Notes: a model not told the origin generated them from the sequence alone. Positions 17,164 through 26,593 are shown, counted from the first letter of the stretch. The stretch is DNA of 64,000 nt from an uncultured Pseudobdellovibrionaceae bacterium (GCA_964604555.1 CAZRZK010000011.1:14732-78731), one strand, 5' to 3'. Numbers and translations: made by a program.

Positions 17164-19678
17164 ACCTTACTCCATTTCCAATAATCTGCGCTGCCTGTTT
17201 TGCCTGCTCCGGAGTGTGTGTCGCCATGACTTGCAGGCGGAAGCGGCTTGCTCCTAAAGGGACCACCGGATATTCGATGATCATCGCCGCTAATTGAGCT
17301 TCAGTCATTGCACGGTGGCAGAGTCGCGCCTTCCGTTCTGAACCAATAAACACCGGAACGATAGGCCCCGGAGCTCCGAAGCAGAGTTGCCCCTCCTTCA
17401 TAAGTTCGGACCTTAACACCGTTACTGCAGCGTGAAGTTTTTCCCGTAGAAGCGCCCCTTTCGGAGATCGAATAATCTGGCAGGCCTTGAGGGCGATGGC
17501 CGTCTGAATGGGCGAAAGGGCGTTCGAAAAAAGATGAGCCGAGCTAAACATCTTCAGATAATGGATCAGAGCTTTACTATCGGTAGCGACAAATCCCCCA
17601 TTAGTGGCAAAGCTTTTGGAGAAGCTGCCCATCACAATGTCGATCTTTCCGTACATTCCTTGCACGCCCATTTGGCCTCTTCCTTCAGGACCTGTGGCCC
17701 CTAAGTCATGGGCGACATCGACAAAGAGGAAGGCATTATATTGATGGGCAATCTCCTGAAATTTTTTCAGGTCTGGAGAATCGGCATCCATTGAAAAAAG
17801 TCCTTCAGTAATCAGAAGGATCGCGTTTTTGGTATCCCGTTTGCGAATCGCCCGCAACATGGCTCGAGCAGCATCGGGATCGAGATGAGCGTAGCGGTGG
17901 ACCTTCCGGGTTGCCGCCCTGGCCCCTTGCTGGAGGCAAGCGTGGGTGAGCCGGTCCATCACTATGTGATCCTGGGGTTTTACGATACCAATAATCGATC
18001 CGAAGCCGGCGGCATAGCCTGTCGCAAATAGGAGCACATATTTCTTGCCGGTCAGGATTTTTAATTCTTCCTCCAGTTCATGGGTTAAGAGAGTGTTTCC
18101 GATAATCATCGGGGATCCCGCACTATGGGGACCAAACTTTGAAATTGACTCGATAGCTGCCTGGGCAATTTCGGGATCTTGTCCTAATCCCAGATAATCT
18201 TGGGAAGCGAAATTGATCCCCTCGATCTTTCTTCCCGAATTATCGCTGAGAAGGGTGGTGTTGGCCGCAATTCGATGGAGCGTGCGGGAGTATTGGAACA
18301 TTCCTTTCTGCTCTCGGCGTTGGTAGAAATCATAATAGGGCTGTGTTCGTTCAAAAAGGTCTGGCCCAAAATGTTGGGAGTAGTCGAAACAGTTCTGTTC
18401 AAGGGCAAGATCAGGTGGTTCAGTGCTAAATGGATTTTGATAAACGGAACTAGAGATCCCAATCGGTTCTAAAGGAGTGGTATCGATAAGTCTTTCGAGC
18501 CTCCGCGCTTCAAAAAATTCCCGCACCGGAACCACATCGAAATAGAGCCCGATAAAACGATTCCGCTCTTCAGAAGAGTTAGAAATCGCTCGATAGAGCC
18601 TTTTTTCATCCGGTCGGAGCGGATTCATCTCCGCTTGTTGAGTCGTGAATTCATAAAAACGGAAGAGGTCCACTGAACGACGGTCTTCGAAGTCTCTAAT
18701 GGCCTCTCCCTTCAATTTTTTTCCACCAAAGAAATTTTGCAGCTCTTCAGAAAGGAGGAAGGCATCTCGCAGTGCATGGGTCATTCCATTGGCCGTACAC
18801 TGATCTTTAAAGCAATGAGCATCACCGATGAGCGGTGCCTGTGGCGAGCTTTTTCGAATAAAGGGCTGCTGATCTACCGTCAACCGAAACGGTTCTACTC
18901 TGCAAGCAGAAGAGACCATCTTACGATGGAATTCAGGATCAATGATTTGGAGTGCTTTGAAGAAATGAAATTCCTTTTCCCTTTTAAAGTCCTCATAAAA
19001 AGAGTCGGGACCAAAGACCAGTACCATTGTGTTCCCATCATTGGTCGGAACAGCCGCAAAGCTCAGTCGATTTCTCTTTTTTAAGAGCGCATGCGGGAGT
19101 TCAAGCCCCTTGAAATAAGAATAGCAGGCAAAGGTGCAGTGGTGGCGTTCTTCCATCTTTGAAACTTGGAAGTGTTCCGCAACGGTGGAGTTTTTACCAT
19201 CGGCTCCGACACAAATCTCGGTTCCCTCTAGGAGTTCTTCGGTAAAAGGAGTTCCCAAGCGAAGCTCAGCCCCTGATTTTACCGCCTCTTCCTGGAGCAA
19301 TTTATCTAAAAAGGCACGGCGGATGCAGGTGTATCGGGGATCCAATTTAAAAATTTCATTCGGGTGAACTGTTTCAAAGCGTCGTTGGAGATCATTTTCA
19401 GAGAGCGAGCCACCCAGGGCAATTTCATCCACACTCACCTCAAAATGGTGGAAAGCAGGGGTTTCCTTTAATACCGCTTCCGCAATTCCCAGAGAATGGA
19501 GATAGGTGAGCCCACGCGCATTCATAAAGTGGGTTGAAAGCACATCGTGCGTCTCATTCATTTTATCGACAAGGAGAACTTTTAACCCCGCCCTGGCAAG
19601 TCGGATGGCGGTGGCCGATCCGGCAATTCTGGCCCCAATGATAGTAACATCATACTGTTTCATAAAACCCCTTCCCAT
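17048..19678 (-). CDS. fusion protein: N-terminal FAD-dependent oxidoreductase domain + C-terminal alpha-oxoamine synthase (AONS/SPT/KBL/CqsA family, PLP)
   Basis: The N-terminus has the GxGxxG dinucleotide fold (DVTIIGARIAGSATAIRLARAGLKVLLVDK). The C-terminal ~400 aa has the class II aminotransferase pattern with PLP lysine GSFSKSF, DVAHDLG and DYLGLG. About 120 aa of linker separate the two domains. Confidence 0.7.
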   Translation of the reverse strand: MGRGFMKQYDVTIIGARIAGSATAIRLARAGLKVLLVDKMNETHDVLSTHFMNARGLTYLHSLGIAEAVLKETPAFHHFEVSVDEIALGGSLSENDLQRRFETVHPNEIFKLDPRYTCIRRAFLDKLLQEEAVKSGAELRLGTPFTEELLEGTEICVGADGKNSTVAEHFQVSKMEERHHCTFACYSYFKGLELPHALLKKRNRLSFAAVPTNDGNTMVLVFGPDSFYEDFKREKEFHFFKALQIIDPEFHRKMVSSACRVEPFRLTVDQQPFIRKSSPQAPLIGDAHCFKDQCTANGMTHALRDAFLLSEELQNFFGGKKLKGEAIRDFEDRRSVDLFRFYEFTTQQAEMNPLRPDEKRLYRAISNSSEERNRFIGLYFDVVPVREFFEARRLERLIDTTPLEPIGISSSVYQNPFSTEPPDLALEQNCFDYSQHFGPDLFERTQPYYDFYQRREQKGMFQYSRTLHRIAANTTLLSDNSGRKIEGINFASQDYLGLGQDPEIAQAAIESISKFGPHSAGSPMIIGNTLLTHELEEELKILTGKKYVLLFATGYAAGFGSIIGIVKPQDHIVMDRLTHACLQQGARAATRKVHRYAHLDPDAARAMLRAIRKRDTKNAILLITEGLFSMDADSPDLKKFQEIAHQYNAFLFVDVAHDLGATGPEGRGQMGVQGMYGKIDIVMGSFSKSFATNGGFVATDSKALIHYLKMFSSAHLFSNALSPIQTAIALKACQIIRSPKGALLREKLHAAVTVLRSELMKEGQLCFGAPGPIVPVFIGSERKARLCHRAMTEAQLAAMIIEYPVVPLGASRFRLQVMATHTPEQAKQAAQIIGNGVRSILKKAPPKSASHYPIAHGSRLDLPAFQPTAEVALHSS

Positions 19679-19679
19679 T

Positions 19680-19791
19680 GCTTCGCTGAAAAAGTGTCAT
19701 CTGCTTCGTCATCGATGATTTTCACAAAGGTACGGCCTACCTTTGTGAAAATCATCTTGGTTCCTCGCATTTGGCACTTTTTCAGCGAAGC
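19680..19791. promoter_or_regulatory. nested perfect palindromes in the divergent promoter region between the FAD-AONS gene and lysR
   Basis: An outer 17-bp inverted repeat gcttcgctgaaaaagtg/cactttttcagcgaagc encloses an inner 19-bp inverted repeat gatgattttcacaaaggta/tacctttgtgaaaatcatc with a 5-nt loop. Confidence 0.5.
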
Positions 19792-19864
19792 ACCATCTAA
19801 TTACTCATTCATAGATGATGGAATTGGTTTCTAAAAGTCCTTTATGGTAAATGTTTGGTTAGCA

Positions 19865-20743
19865 ATGGAGACCAATCGTTTAAGACAGTTCAAAGTCCTT
19901 GTCGAAACGAAACACCTCCGTCGTGCGGCCGAACTGCTCTCCATTTCCCATGGAGGTCTTTATAAATCCTTAAAGCAATTGGAAGAGGAATTGGGTTTCC
20001 CTCTTTTCTTTTCTCAGGGGAAGCGAATTGAAATCACTCCGAAAGGGTTGGAGATCTATCGACAGATTCCAGCAATTTTATCGGCGGTGGATGGAATTTT
20101 TAAATCAAAATCGGAGATCAGCACCCACCAAACGCTTACGCTCGGGACTTTTGAAGTTTTTAGCACCCATCTTTTAGGGCCGCTCTTTAAACAGGATACG
20201 TGGCAGGAAATTCATTTGAGATTAGTAGAATTGGTCCCGGGAGAGTTGGAGTTAGCCATTAAATCGGGCGAGGTGGATCTGGGAATAACCTACCTTCCCA
20301 TTCCAACCCGTGGTGTGGAGTTTGATAAGGTGGCACATCTGCGTATGGGAGTTTATGGCCGGAAAGGGGCTTTTCAAAAGCAGTCCTCTGAGAAACTTCC
20401 GTTTGTGATCCCGATTCGTCCTTTAAAAGGAACTCCCACTGGAGTTCGAGGGCTTGATGGCTGGCCAGAACAGGAGGTTCCCCGGCAGGTGGTTTATGAA
20501 GTCACCCTGATGGAGTCGGCATTGGAGTTGGTTCGTCAGGGACGAGCAGTGGTCTATTTACCAGAGCCGGTAGCGCGCGAACATAATCTGAAAATCAGAG
20601 CCCCCTTTGAATTGGTTGAGATCCAAGCCTTTCCAAAGTTGCCAGTGGTAAAACGGGATATCTTTATTGTGAGGCTTGAGGGACGGCAGGAAGGTAAGAT
20701 AGAGAAGCAATTGGCCTCAGCTTTGCGAATACTTGTACGATAA
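19865..20743 (+). CDS. LysR-family transcriptional regulator
   Basis: N-terminal HTH (LRQFKVLVETKHLRRAAELLSISHGGLYKSLKQLEEELG) plus a substrate-binding domain. It is divergent from the FAD-AONS gene. The start is taken as the internal ATG at 19865. Confidence 0.8.
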   Translation: METNRLRQFKVLVETKHLRRAAELLSISHGGLYKSLKQLEEELGFPLFFSQGKRIEITPKGLEIYRQIPAILSAVDGIFKSKSEISTHQTLTLGTFEVFSTHLLGPLFKQDTWQEIHLRLVELVPGELELAIKSGEVDLGITYLPIPTRGVEFDKVAHLRMGVYGRKGAFQKQSSEKLPFVIPIRPLKGTPTGVRGLDGWPEQEVPRQVVYEVTLMESALELVRQGRAVVYLPEPVAREHNLKIRAPFELVEIQAFPKLPVVKRDIFIVRLEGRQEGKIEKQLASALRILVR

Positions 20744-20746
20744 AGA

Positions 20747-21127
20747 ATGCAGCAGTATAGTCCAGCCATGGCCCAGATCTTCGAAATCGATCAGAAAAAA
20801 TACTTCACGTTGGATGAAGCCCGCGAGCTATTACCTGTGATTCGCCGGATTACCAAAGCGAGCCATGATCAAATCATGAAGCTCAACCAAAAGCTTTCCT
20901 ATCTTACTGATAAACTGCGGCAGGATGAGGTTGAGGCGGAGATGCAAGAGGAATTTCAAGAGTGGGTAATGAAAATGAAACGCTTAGGGTGTGAAGCGAA
21001 GGGTTCTTGGTTGGTCGATTTCGATAGTGGAGAGGGTTATTTCTGCTGGCGCTATCCCGAAGAGGAGTTGAATCATTTCCATAACTATCAAGAGGGGTTT
21101 GGAGGAAGGATCACCCTGAGTGTCTGA
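20747..21127 (+). CDS. hypothetical protein (DUF2203-like)
   Basis: 126 aa, operonic with the flanking genes: 4 bp downstream of lysR and overlapping the Rieske gene by 8 bp. Confidence 0.35.
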   Translation: MQQYSPAMAQIFEIDQKKYFTLDEARELLPVIRRITKASHDQIMKLNQKLSYLTDKLRQDEVEAEMQEEFQEWVMKMKRLGCEAKGSWLVDFDSGEGYFCWRYPEEELNHFHNYQEGFGGRITLSV

Positions 21128-21461
21128 GAAGTGCCTAGTCCGCATTCCTAAAAGCAAACTCCAAGAAAAAACCCCGCAAGGGTTCACCATCGAAAAGTCG
21201 GATCGCAAATTCCATGGGGTAGTCATCAAAAAGGGGAACCATTATTTCGCCTATGAAAACAGATGCTGTCATCTGCCAGTGACACTCGATTTGTTGGACA
21301 ATGATTTTTTAAATGAAGAAGGGGATGCGATCCAGTGCCACATGCATGGCGCGGTTTATGAAATGGAAACCGGTCATTGCATTGCAGGGCCCTGCCTGGA
21401 CGCCTTCCTGAATAAGTTGCAAGTGATAGAAGAAGGAGAATATCTGTGCGTGATGGAGTAA
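21120..21461 (+). CDS. Rieske [2Fe-2S] ferredoxin-like protein
   Basis: CxH...CxxH boxes: CCHLPV and CHMHGAVY. Confidence 0.7.
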   Translation: MSEKCLVRIPKSKLQEKTPQGFTIEKSDRKFHGVVIKKGNHYFAYENRCCHLPVTLDLLDNDFLNEEGDAIQCHMHGAVYEMETGHCIAGPCLDAFLNKLQVIEEGEYLCVME

Positions 21462-22549
21462 AGCCGCTTTCAACCTGGGCGATTCATGGGGTGGAACCCA
21501 AAAAGGGGGAAGAGATTGTGATTCCTCCCATTCACCTTTCTACTACTTATCGTTATGTTGGGAATGACAAGGGCGAGCCCGTTCGCTACACCCGATTGAG
21601 CAATACTCCCGAACATTTGCGCATTGGACAAAAGCTGGCCGCCCTAGAAGGAGCCGAAGCGGCATTGGTGACGGCATCAGGAATGGCGGCGATTTCAACG
21701 GCTCTTTTAGCTCTGGTACCGATTGGGAAAAGGGTTCTCTGCCATCGTCAAGTTTATGGTGCCACCTCGATGTTTTTATCGAAGGACTTTCTCCAGATGG
21801 GACGAAAAGTGGCCTGGTATCAAACGGAGCAGGAGCTAGAAGCTTTATTGCTTCAACACCCGAATGAAATAGCCGTGGTCTATGCAGAAACTATTTCAAA
21901 TCCATTGTTGGCCCGATCTCCAATTGAAAGGATCGCCACTCTAGCAAAGAAACACGGAGCGCTTGCTATTATCGATAATACCTTTGCTAGCCCCGTGAAT
22001 GTCAGACCGATTGAGTTGGGGGCGGATGTTGTGGTTCATAGTGCGACTAAATATTTAAATGGGCATACCGATGTGACAGCGGGAGTGGTCGCTTCTTCTT
22101 TTCAACGGATTAAACAGGTCAGCGAACTTCTGAAACATTTGGGAGGATTTCTAGCTCCCTTTGAGATCTATCTTTTAGAGCGGGGTTTAAAAACATTGGT
22201 TCCCAGGGTGCAATGGCAGAACCGAAGTGCCCAGCAGCTATCTGAATTTCTATCGACCCACGCCAAAGTTCAAAAGGTCTACTATCCCGGTTTTGGAGGA
22301 ATGGTTGCCTTTGAATATAAGGGAACGGAATCGGAACTTTTCACAGCCCTTGAGCGCTTTCAACTCATAGCGATCGCCCCCAGTTTGGGAGGGGTAGAAA
22401 GCCTTCTAACCCTACCGGCCCAGACCACCCATAGTTGGGTATCGGCAAAGGATAGGGAGGAGATGGGGATAAAGCCCACTTTGGTGAGGGTTTCGGTCGG
22501 ATTGGAAGAACCTGAAGAGCTGATTGAAGATTTTAAAAGGGCGTTGTAG
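21446..22549 (+). CDS. PLP-dependent Cys/Met-metabolism gamma-family enzyme (cystathionine gamma-synthase / methionine gamma-lyase-like)
   Basis: PLP lysine region SATKYLNGHTDV and the typical trans-sulfuration family layout. It overlaps the Rieske gene by 16 bp. Confidence 0.75.
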   Translation: MRDGVKPLSTWAIHGVEPKKGEEIVIPPIHLSTTYRYVGNDKGEPVRYTRLSNTPEHLRIGQKLAALEGAEAALVTASGMAAISTALLALVPIGKRVLCHRQVYGATSMFLSKDFLQMGRKVAWYQTEQELEALLLQHPNEIAVVYAETISNPLLARSPIERIATLAKKHGALAIIDNTFASPVNVRPIELGADVVVHSATKYLNGHTDVTAGVVASSFQRIKQVSELLKHLGGFLAPFEIYLLERGLKTLVPRVQWQNRSAQQLSEFLSTHAKVQKVYYPGFGGMVAFEYKGTESELFTALERFQLIAIAPSLGGVESLLTLPAQTTHSWVSAKDREEMGIKPTLVRVSVGLEEPEELIEDFKRAL

Positions 22550-22552
22550 AGT

Positions 22553-23104
22553 TTGAGGCTTATGAAACACCCATTCGTTGCTCTTATCCTGATAAAGGTC
22601 GTCAGTTTTTCATTGATGTTTGGGATCCTTTCCTGCACCGGAAAGAAAAACACCACAATTGAGAGCAAAGTGACTGAAGGAGGAAAAATGTTAGTGATTG
22701 AAACCGCCCATGGCACGATTGAGGCCGAGCTTTATGCAGGAGATGCCCCTAAAACAGTGGCCCGGATTTCTGAACTCGCAAAAAAAGGCTTTTATGATGG
22801 ACTCACCTTCCATCGCGTGATTCCTGGATTCGTAGCTCAAGGCGGAGATCCCGATGGTAATGGGACCGGTGGATCGGGACAAAACATTCCCGCAGAATTT
22901 AATTCCCGTGAACATGTCGAAGGAACATTGGCCATGGCCCGGGCGCAGGATCCCAATTCGGCCGATTCACAATTCTACATCGCTTTAGGAAGGCTTCCCC
23001 ACCTCGATAAAAACTACACCGTTTTTGGTCAGGTCACCAAAGGGATGGACGCCGTAAAGAAGATCAAGGTCGGCGATAAGATGACTAAAGTGACAGTAAA
23101 GTAG
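22553..23104 (+). CDS. ppiA: periplasmic cyclophilin-type peptidyl-prolyl cis-trans isomerase
   Basis: Lipoprotein/signal sequence and cyclophilin motifs (FHRVIPGFVAQGGDP, MARAQDPNSADSQFYI). Confidence 0.85.
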   Translation: MRLMKHPFVALILIKVVSFSLMFGILSCTGKKNTTIESKVTEGGKMLVIETAHGTIEAELYAGDAPKTVARISELAKKGFYDGLTFHRVIPGFVAQGGDPDGNGTGGSGQNIPAEFNSREHVEGTLAMARAQDPNSADSQFYIALGRLPHLDKNYTVFGQVTKGMDAVKKIKVGDKMTKVTVK

Positions 23105-23140
23105 CCGTCATTGCGAGGAGCCCGAAGGGCGACGCGGCAA
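23105..23140 (+). repeat. REP-like hairpin element copy (GTCATTGCGAGGAGCCCGAAGGGCGACGCGGCAA)
   Basis: Same family as the 9511 element. It sits immediately after the cyclophilin stop, at convergent gene ends. Confidence 0.55.
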
Positions 23141-23141
23141 A

Positions 23142-23444
23142 CTACTCCGGCAAATGCGCAAGGTGAGAAGGCTTTTCAACGTTGAACTTCTTGGTGAGTT
23201 CAAAAAGCCCTTTTTCATTTTCGGCTACAAGCTCGAGTGAAGTTGAAATCCACTGCCAGGCCGTTCCATTTTTCTGGGTAAAGAAAGCATATTGGGCGTA
23301 ACGCTCCGCGCTAAATGGCACGCGGATGAATCGCCTCGCATTCTCTCCAGCGGAGCCCAACTGCTCTTCCAGATTTGGGATAAGAGATTGAATATCTGTA
23401 AGTTTTTCAGGTGAAGAACGACGGATAATGTAGCGCATTGCCAT
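23142..23444 (-). CDS. hypothetical protein
   Basis: 100-aa ORF with no recognisable motifs. It fills the gap between the REP element and the divergent promoter. Confidence 0.3.
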   Translation of the reverse strand: MAMRYIIRRSSPEKLTDIQSLIPNLEEQLGSAGENARRFIRVPFSAERYAQYAFFTQKNGTAWQWISTSLELVAENEKGLFELTKKFNVEKPSHLAHLPE

Positions 23445-23591
23445 AGTCTTTCATTTATAACCTCTTCTGCTTACCAATTCAAAATGATTCGTCAGGCATA
23501 GAAACAGCCTTTGTACCATGGGATAATAAAGGTCTGCTTAGGAGATCTGCTAACGAAGGACTACGTTTAAAACCAACCTTGAGGAATCAGA

Positions 23592-23873
23592 ATGGCCAAG
23601 AAAATCTATGTCGGAAATTTAAGTTATGACGTATCGGACGATGAGTTACACCAACTTTTCAGCCAATGCGGACAGGTATCAGAAGCAAAAATCATCAAAG
23701 ATAGAGACACCGGAAGATCCAAAGGCTTTGGGTTTGTAGAAATGCCCAATGACGAAGAGGCCACCCATGCCATCGATCGGATGCAAGGGCATGATTTTAA
23801 GGGGCGTCCGCTACAAGTCGATGAGGCGAAGGAAAACACCGGCGCTCGTGGTGGGGTTCGGCGGCGGGGTTAA
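23592..23873 (+). CDS. RRM-type RNA-binding protein
   Basis: RNP2 KIYVGNL and RNP1 KGFGFVEM, followed by a Gly/Arg-rich tail. Confidence 0.8.
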   Translation: MAKKIYVGNLSYDVSDDELHQLFSQCGQVSEAKIIKDRDTGRSKGFGFVEMPNDEEATHAIDRMQGHDFKGRPLQVDEAKENTGARGGVRRRG

Positions 23874-24664
23874 TGCGGCTTGAGGAAAGCCATCACCAAC
23901 TCCGCCACAATTAACAGCACGATCAATAATTCCAGAATAGTCGACCGACTTTTGGAGGCGAGATCGCCAAGGATGGCCATGTTTTCCTGAATCAAGCTCA
24001 GCTTTCTATCGATAACTTTAAATCGCACTTCAATATCGAAATTCTGCTGCAGCTCCTTATAAAATTTTTCCAATTCCTTGCTCTTCCAGGTTTCATCGGG
24101 AGGATCGAGGATTGCAAGATTACTAATGATATTCTGGCGCGCCGTAGCCGTAGTGCCAATGCGTTTTAAAAGATTTCGGTAAGAAAAAGGGACCATTCCT
24201 GAATCGGCAAGGTGTTGCATTTCCTTCATCATGTCGTGGAGCATGCGTTCGCAGCGGATTTCAAAATATTCTAAGGCCGCCGATTGTCCTACCGTCATTG
24301 CGACCAATCGCAAATAATCACGGGAGATTTTTTTGAGTTCGACATGTTCAAATTCAACTTTAAGTTGGTCAGTAATATTAACTTGATACGATTCGGTTGT
24401 GGGAAAGGCGAGCCCTTCTCCCAGCGCTACCTTTAGAATGGCCGTCTCTTTTTCAATTTCTTCATTGGACATGTTAAAAAAAACGAGGCAACCAAACCGG
24501 TAAAGGAAGAGAAAACTATTTTCCCCATATTGCAGCTGCAATTCTTGTGGTGTGGACTCGATCACCGTGCCGGTCAAGAGAGAGCGTGACGCCTTGATGT
24601 TGATCAAGGGATACAGATTAATGGCCTGCATCATGAACGGTTGTGTCGGCGTTAGCTGGGTCAT
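23870..24664 (-). CDS. hypothetical protein with C-terminal TM segment (RMD1/DUF155-like)
   Basis: 264 aa with a C-terminal hydrophobic helix (ELLIVLLIVAELVMAF). The 3' end overlaps the RRM gene by 4 bp. Confidence 0.3.
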   Translation of the reverse strand: MTQLTPTQPFMMQAINLYPLINIKASRSLLTGTVIESTPQELQLQYGENSFLFLYRFGCLVFFNMSNEEIEKETAILKVALGEGLAFPTTESYQVNITDQLKVEFEHVELKKISRDYLRLVAMTVGQSAALEYFEIRCERMLHDMMKEMQHLADSGMVPFSYRNLLKRIGTTATARQNIISNLAILDPPDETWKSKELEKFYKELQQNFDIEVRFKVIDRKLSLIQENMAILGDLASKSRSTILELLIVLLIVAELVMAFLKPH

Positions 24665-24709
24665 ACGAGCATCATATCAGTAAAGAGATACCTGGGGTAA
24701 AATAGAAGA

Positions 24710-25288
24710 ATGATAAAGCATGGGTTGTTACTTTTATGCGTGATCAGTGCGTCAGCATGGGGCGGGATTGAGGTCTTTTCAAAAGGCTCTCTTTCTAAAA
24801 ACTACTTCGACCAAAATACCTGGACGGTCAATCTTTCCATTACTGCTGGCATCGGGTTTAAACTTATCCCGGGATTGAGGATCGAGGGGCGCTATACCAA
24901 TGTGAGTGGTTTGCAAAATCGAATGGTGCTCCAGAACGGAGGAGGCACGCTCACCGACATCAAAACCGAAACCCACATCTATAGCATGGGTTTGGATATC
25001 GATTTTTTAGGTGAGGCAAGTGCCATTCAACCTTTCTGTTTCTTGGGAGCCGGGTACATTGGCATCTCTCGAAGCTATTACTATCAGCTTCAGGGAGCGA
25101 GCAGCGCCAATTTTTACCAAGAAGCACCCCGTTCCGAAATTTCCGGTAACGTGGGATTGGGAGTTCGGCTACGGATCGCAAAATCATTGGCTTTGGAAAT
25201 CGAAGCCTATGGGTACATCATTGATATCGATAAACCGGACAGGTTAATCAACTACTTCGGAACGGCAGGGGTGCGTGTTTTTATGTAG
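24710..25288 (+). CDS. small outer-membrane beta-barrel protein
   Basis: Signal peptide, alternating hydrophobic beta-strand pattern and a C-terminal aromatic residue (RVFM). Confidence 0.4.
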   Translation: MIKHGLLLLCVISASAWGGIEVFSKGSLSKNYFDQNTWTVNLSITAGIGFKLIPGLRIEGRYTNVSGLQNRMVLQNGGGTLTDIKTETHIYSMGLDIDFLGEASAIQPFCFLGAGYIGISRSYYYQLQGASSANFYQEAPRSEISGNVGLGVRLRIAKSLALEIEAYGYIIDIDKPDRLINYFGTAGVRVFM

Positions 25289-26552
25289 TCTTCCGGCGTG
25301 ACTTAAGAAATTCCTCTAGTTTTTTTTCACTGCCGATATCACTCGGAATGTAGAATCTTTCCCCCGCTATTTTTTCTGGTAAATAATTTTGCTCGACCCA
25401 TCCTCCGGGAAAATCATGCGGGTATCGATAGCCTTTTCCATATCCCCATTCCTTCATCATTTGTGTAGGAGCATTGCGGATGTTCATGGGAATATCGAGC
25501 GGTCCCGTCTCTCGCACCTTCTCAATGGCTTTGTCGATCGCCAGATAACTCCGATTACTCTTTTCGCTACAGGCTAAATAGACCACAGCTTGAGAAAGGA
25601 TAATCCGGGCTTCCGGCATGCCAATCGTTTCGGTGGCGGTGTGTGCCGCTGTGGCGACGACCAAGCCCATCGGGTTGGCATTTCCAATATCTTCGGAAGC
25701 TAGGATGATCAGCCGTCTAGAAATGAAGGCGGGATCTTCTCCCCCTTCTAGCATCCTCGCTAAATAATAAAGGGCGGCATCGGGATCACTTCCACGGACA
25801 CTTTTAATAAAGGCTGAGATAGTGTCGTAATGGGCTTCCGCTTTTTTGTCATAATAAAGGGATTGGGAATGACGGAGCTCTTCGAATTCGTTCAATCCGA
25901 TCGGGGTTTCATCGGAAACGGCGATCAATATATTTTCTAAAAGATTGAGGGCTCGCCTCGCATCTCCTCCCGAAACATCGGCTATTTTTTCTAAGACTTC
26001 ATTTTCGATCACTCGATTTTTGGGAAGAGCCCGTTGCAAAATAGTGAGAAGCGCCGGGGTATCGTGGGTCTTGAAAGGGAACACCAAACACCGTGACGCA
26101 ATCGCATTGTTAATAGCGAAAGAGGGGTTTTCGGTGGTCGCACCAATGAGACGAATCCATCCCCGTTCGAGATAAGGAAGCAACACATCCTGTTGGGCTT
26201 TGTTGAGTCGGTGGATTTCATCGAGAAAAAGAATCGTAGCCTTCTTACCCGTTTGAACCGATGCCTTGGATCGCTCTAAAACTTCCCTAATCTCTTTCAC
26301 TCCACTCATTACGGCCGAGAGGGCTTCAAAAGGGCGGTAAGATAATGAAGCAATCACCGTCGCTAGGGTTGTTTTTCCGGTGCCAGGAGGGCCCCAAAAG
26401 ATCAAACCGGTCCATTGATCCCGTTCGATCATTTGGCGAAAGGTCTTGGTTAGGAGATGGCTTTGACCCGAAAAACTATCTAACCCCGTTGGGCGCATCC
26501 GCTCTGCCAAAGGGCTTTCACTTGAATTTGCAAAGAGGGTTAAATCTTCCAT
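25281..26552 (-). CDS. rarA: replication-associated recombination protein A (AAA+ ATPase)
   Basis: Walker A GPPGTGKTTLA, Walker B LFLDEIHR and the MgsA C-terminal domain. Confidence 0.85.
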   Translation of the reverse strand: MEDLTLFANSSESPLAERMRPTGLDSFSGQSHLLTKTFRQMIERDQWTGLIFWGPPGTGKTTLATVIASLSYRPFEALSAVMSGVKEIREVLERSKASVQTGKKATILFLDEIHRLNKAQQDVLLPYLERGWIRLIGATTENPSFAINNAIASRCLVFPFKTHDTPALLTILQRALPKNRVIENEVLEKIADVSGGDARRALNLLENILIAVSDETPIGLNEFEELRHSQSLYYDKKAEAHYDTISAFIKSVRGSDPDAALYYLARMLEGGEDPAFISRRLIILASEDIGNANPMGLVVATAAHTATETIGMPEARIILSQAVVYLACSEKSNRSYLAIDKAIEKVRETGPLDIPMNIRNAPTQMMKEWGYGKGYRYPHDFPGGWVEQNYLPEKIAGERFYIPSDIGSEKKLEEFLKSRRKTT

Positions 26553-26593
26553 TAGTAGTTTCTATAGCATAGATCCTGGGTATAATCCCAAAC

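Noticed and set aside
18184-19367. Small ORFs within and antisense to the FAD-AOS fusion gene (18184..18462, 18200..18472, 18737..19084, 19134..19367)
   Set aside because: They are embedded in a long ORF with clear domain homology and have no independent support.
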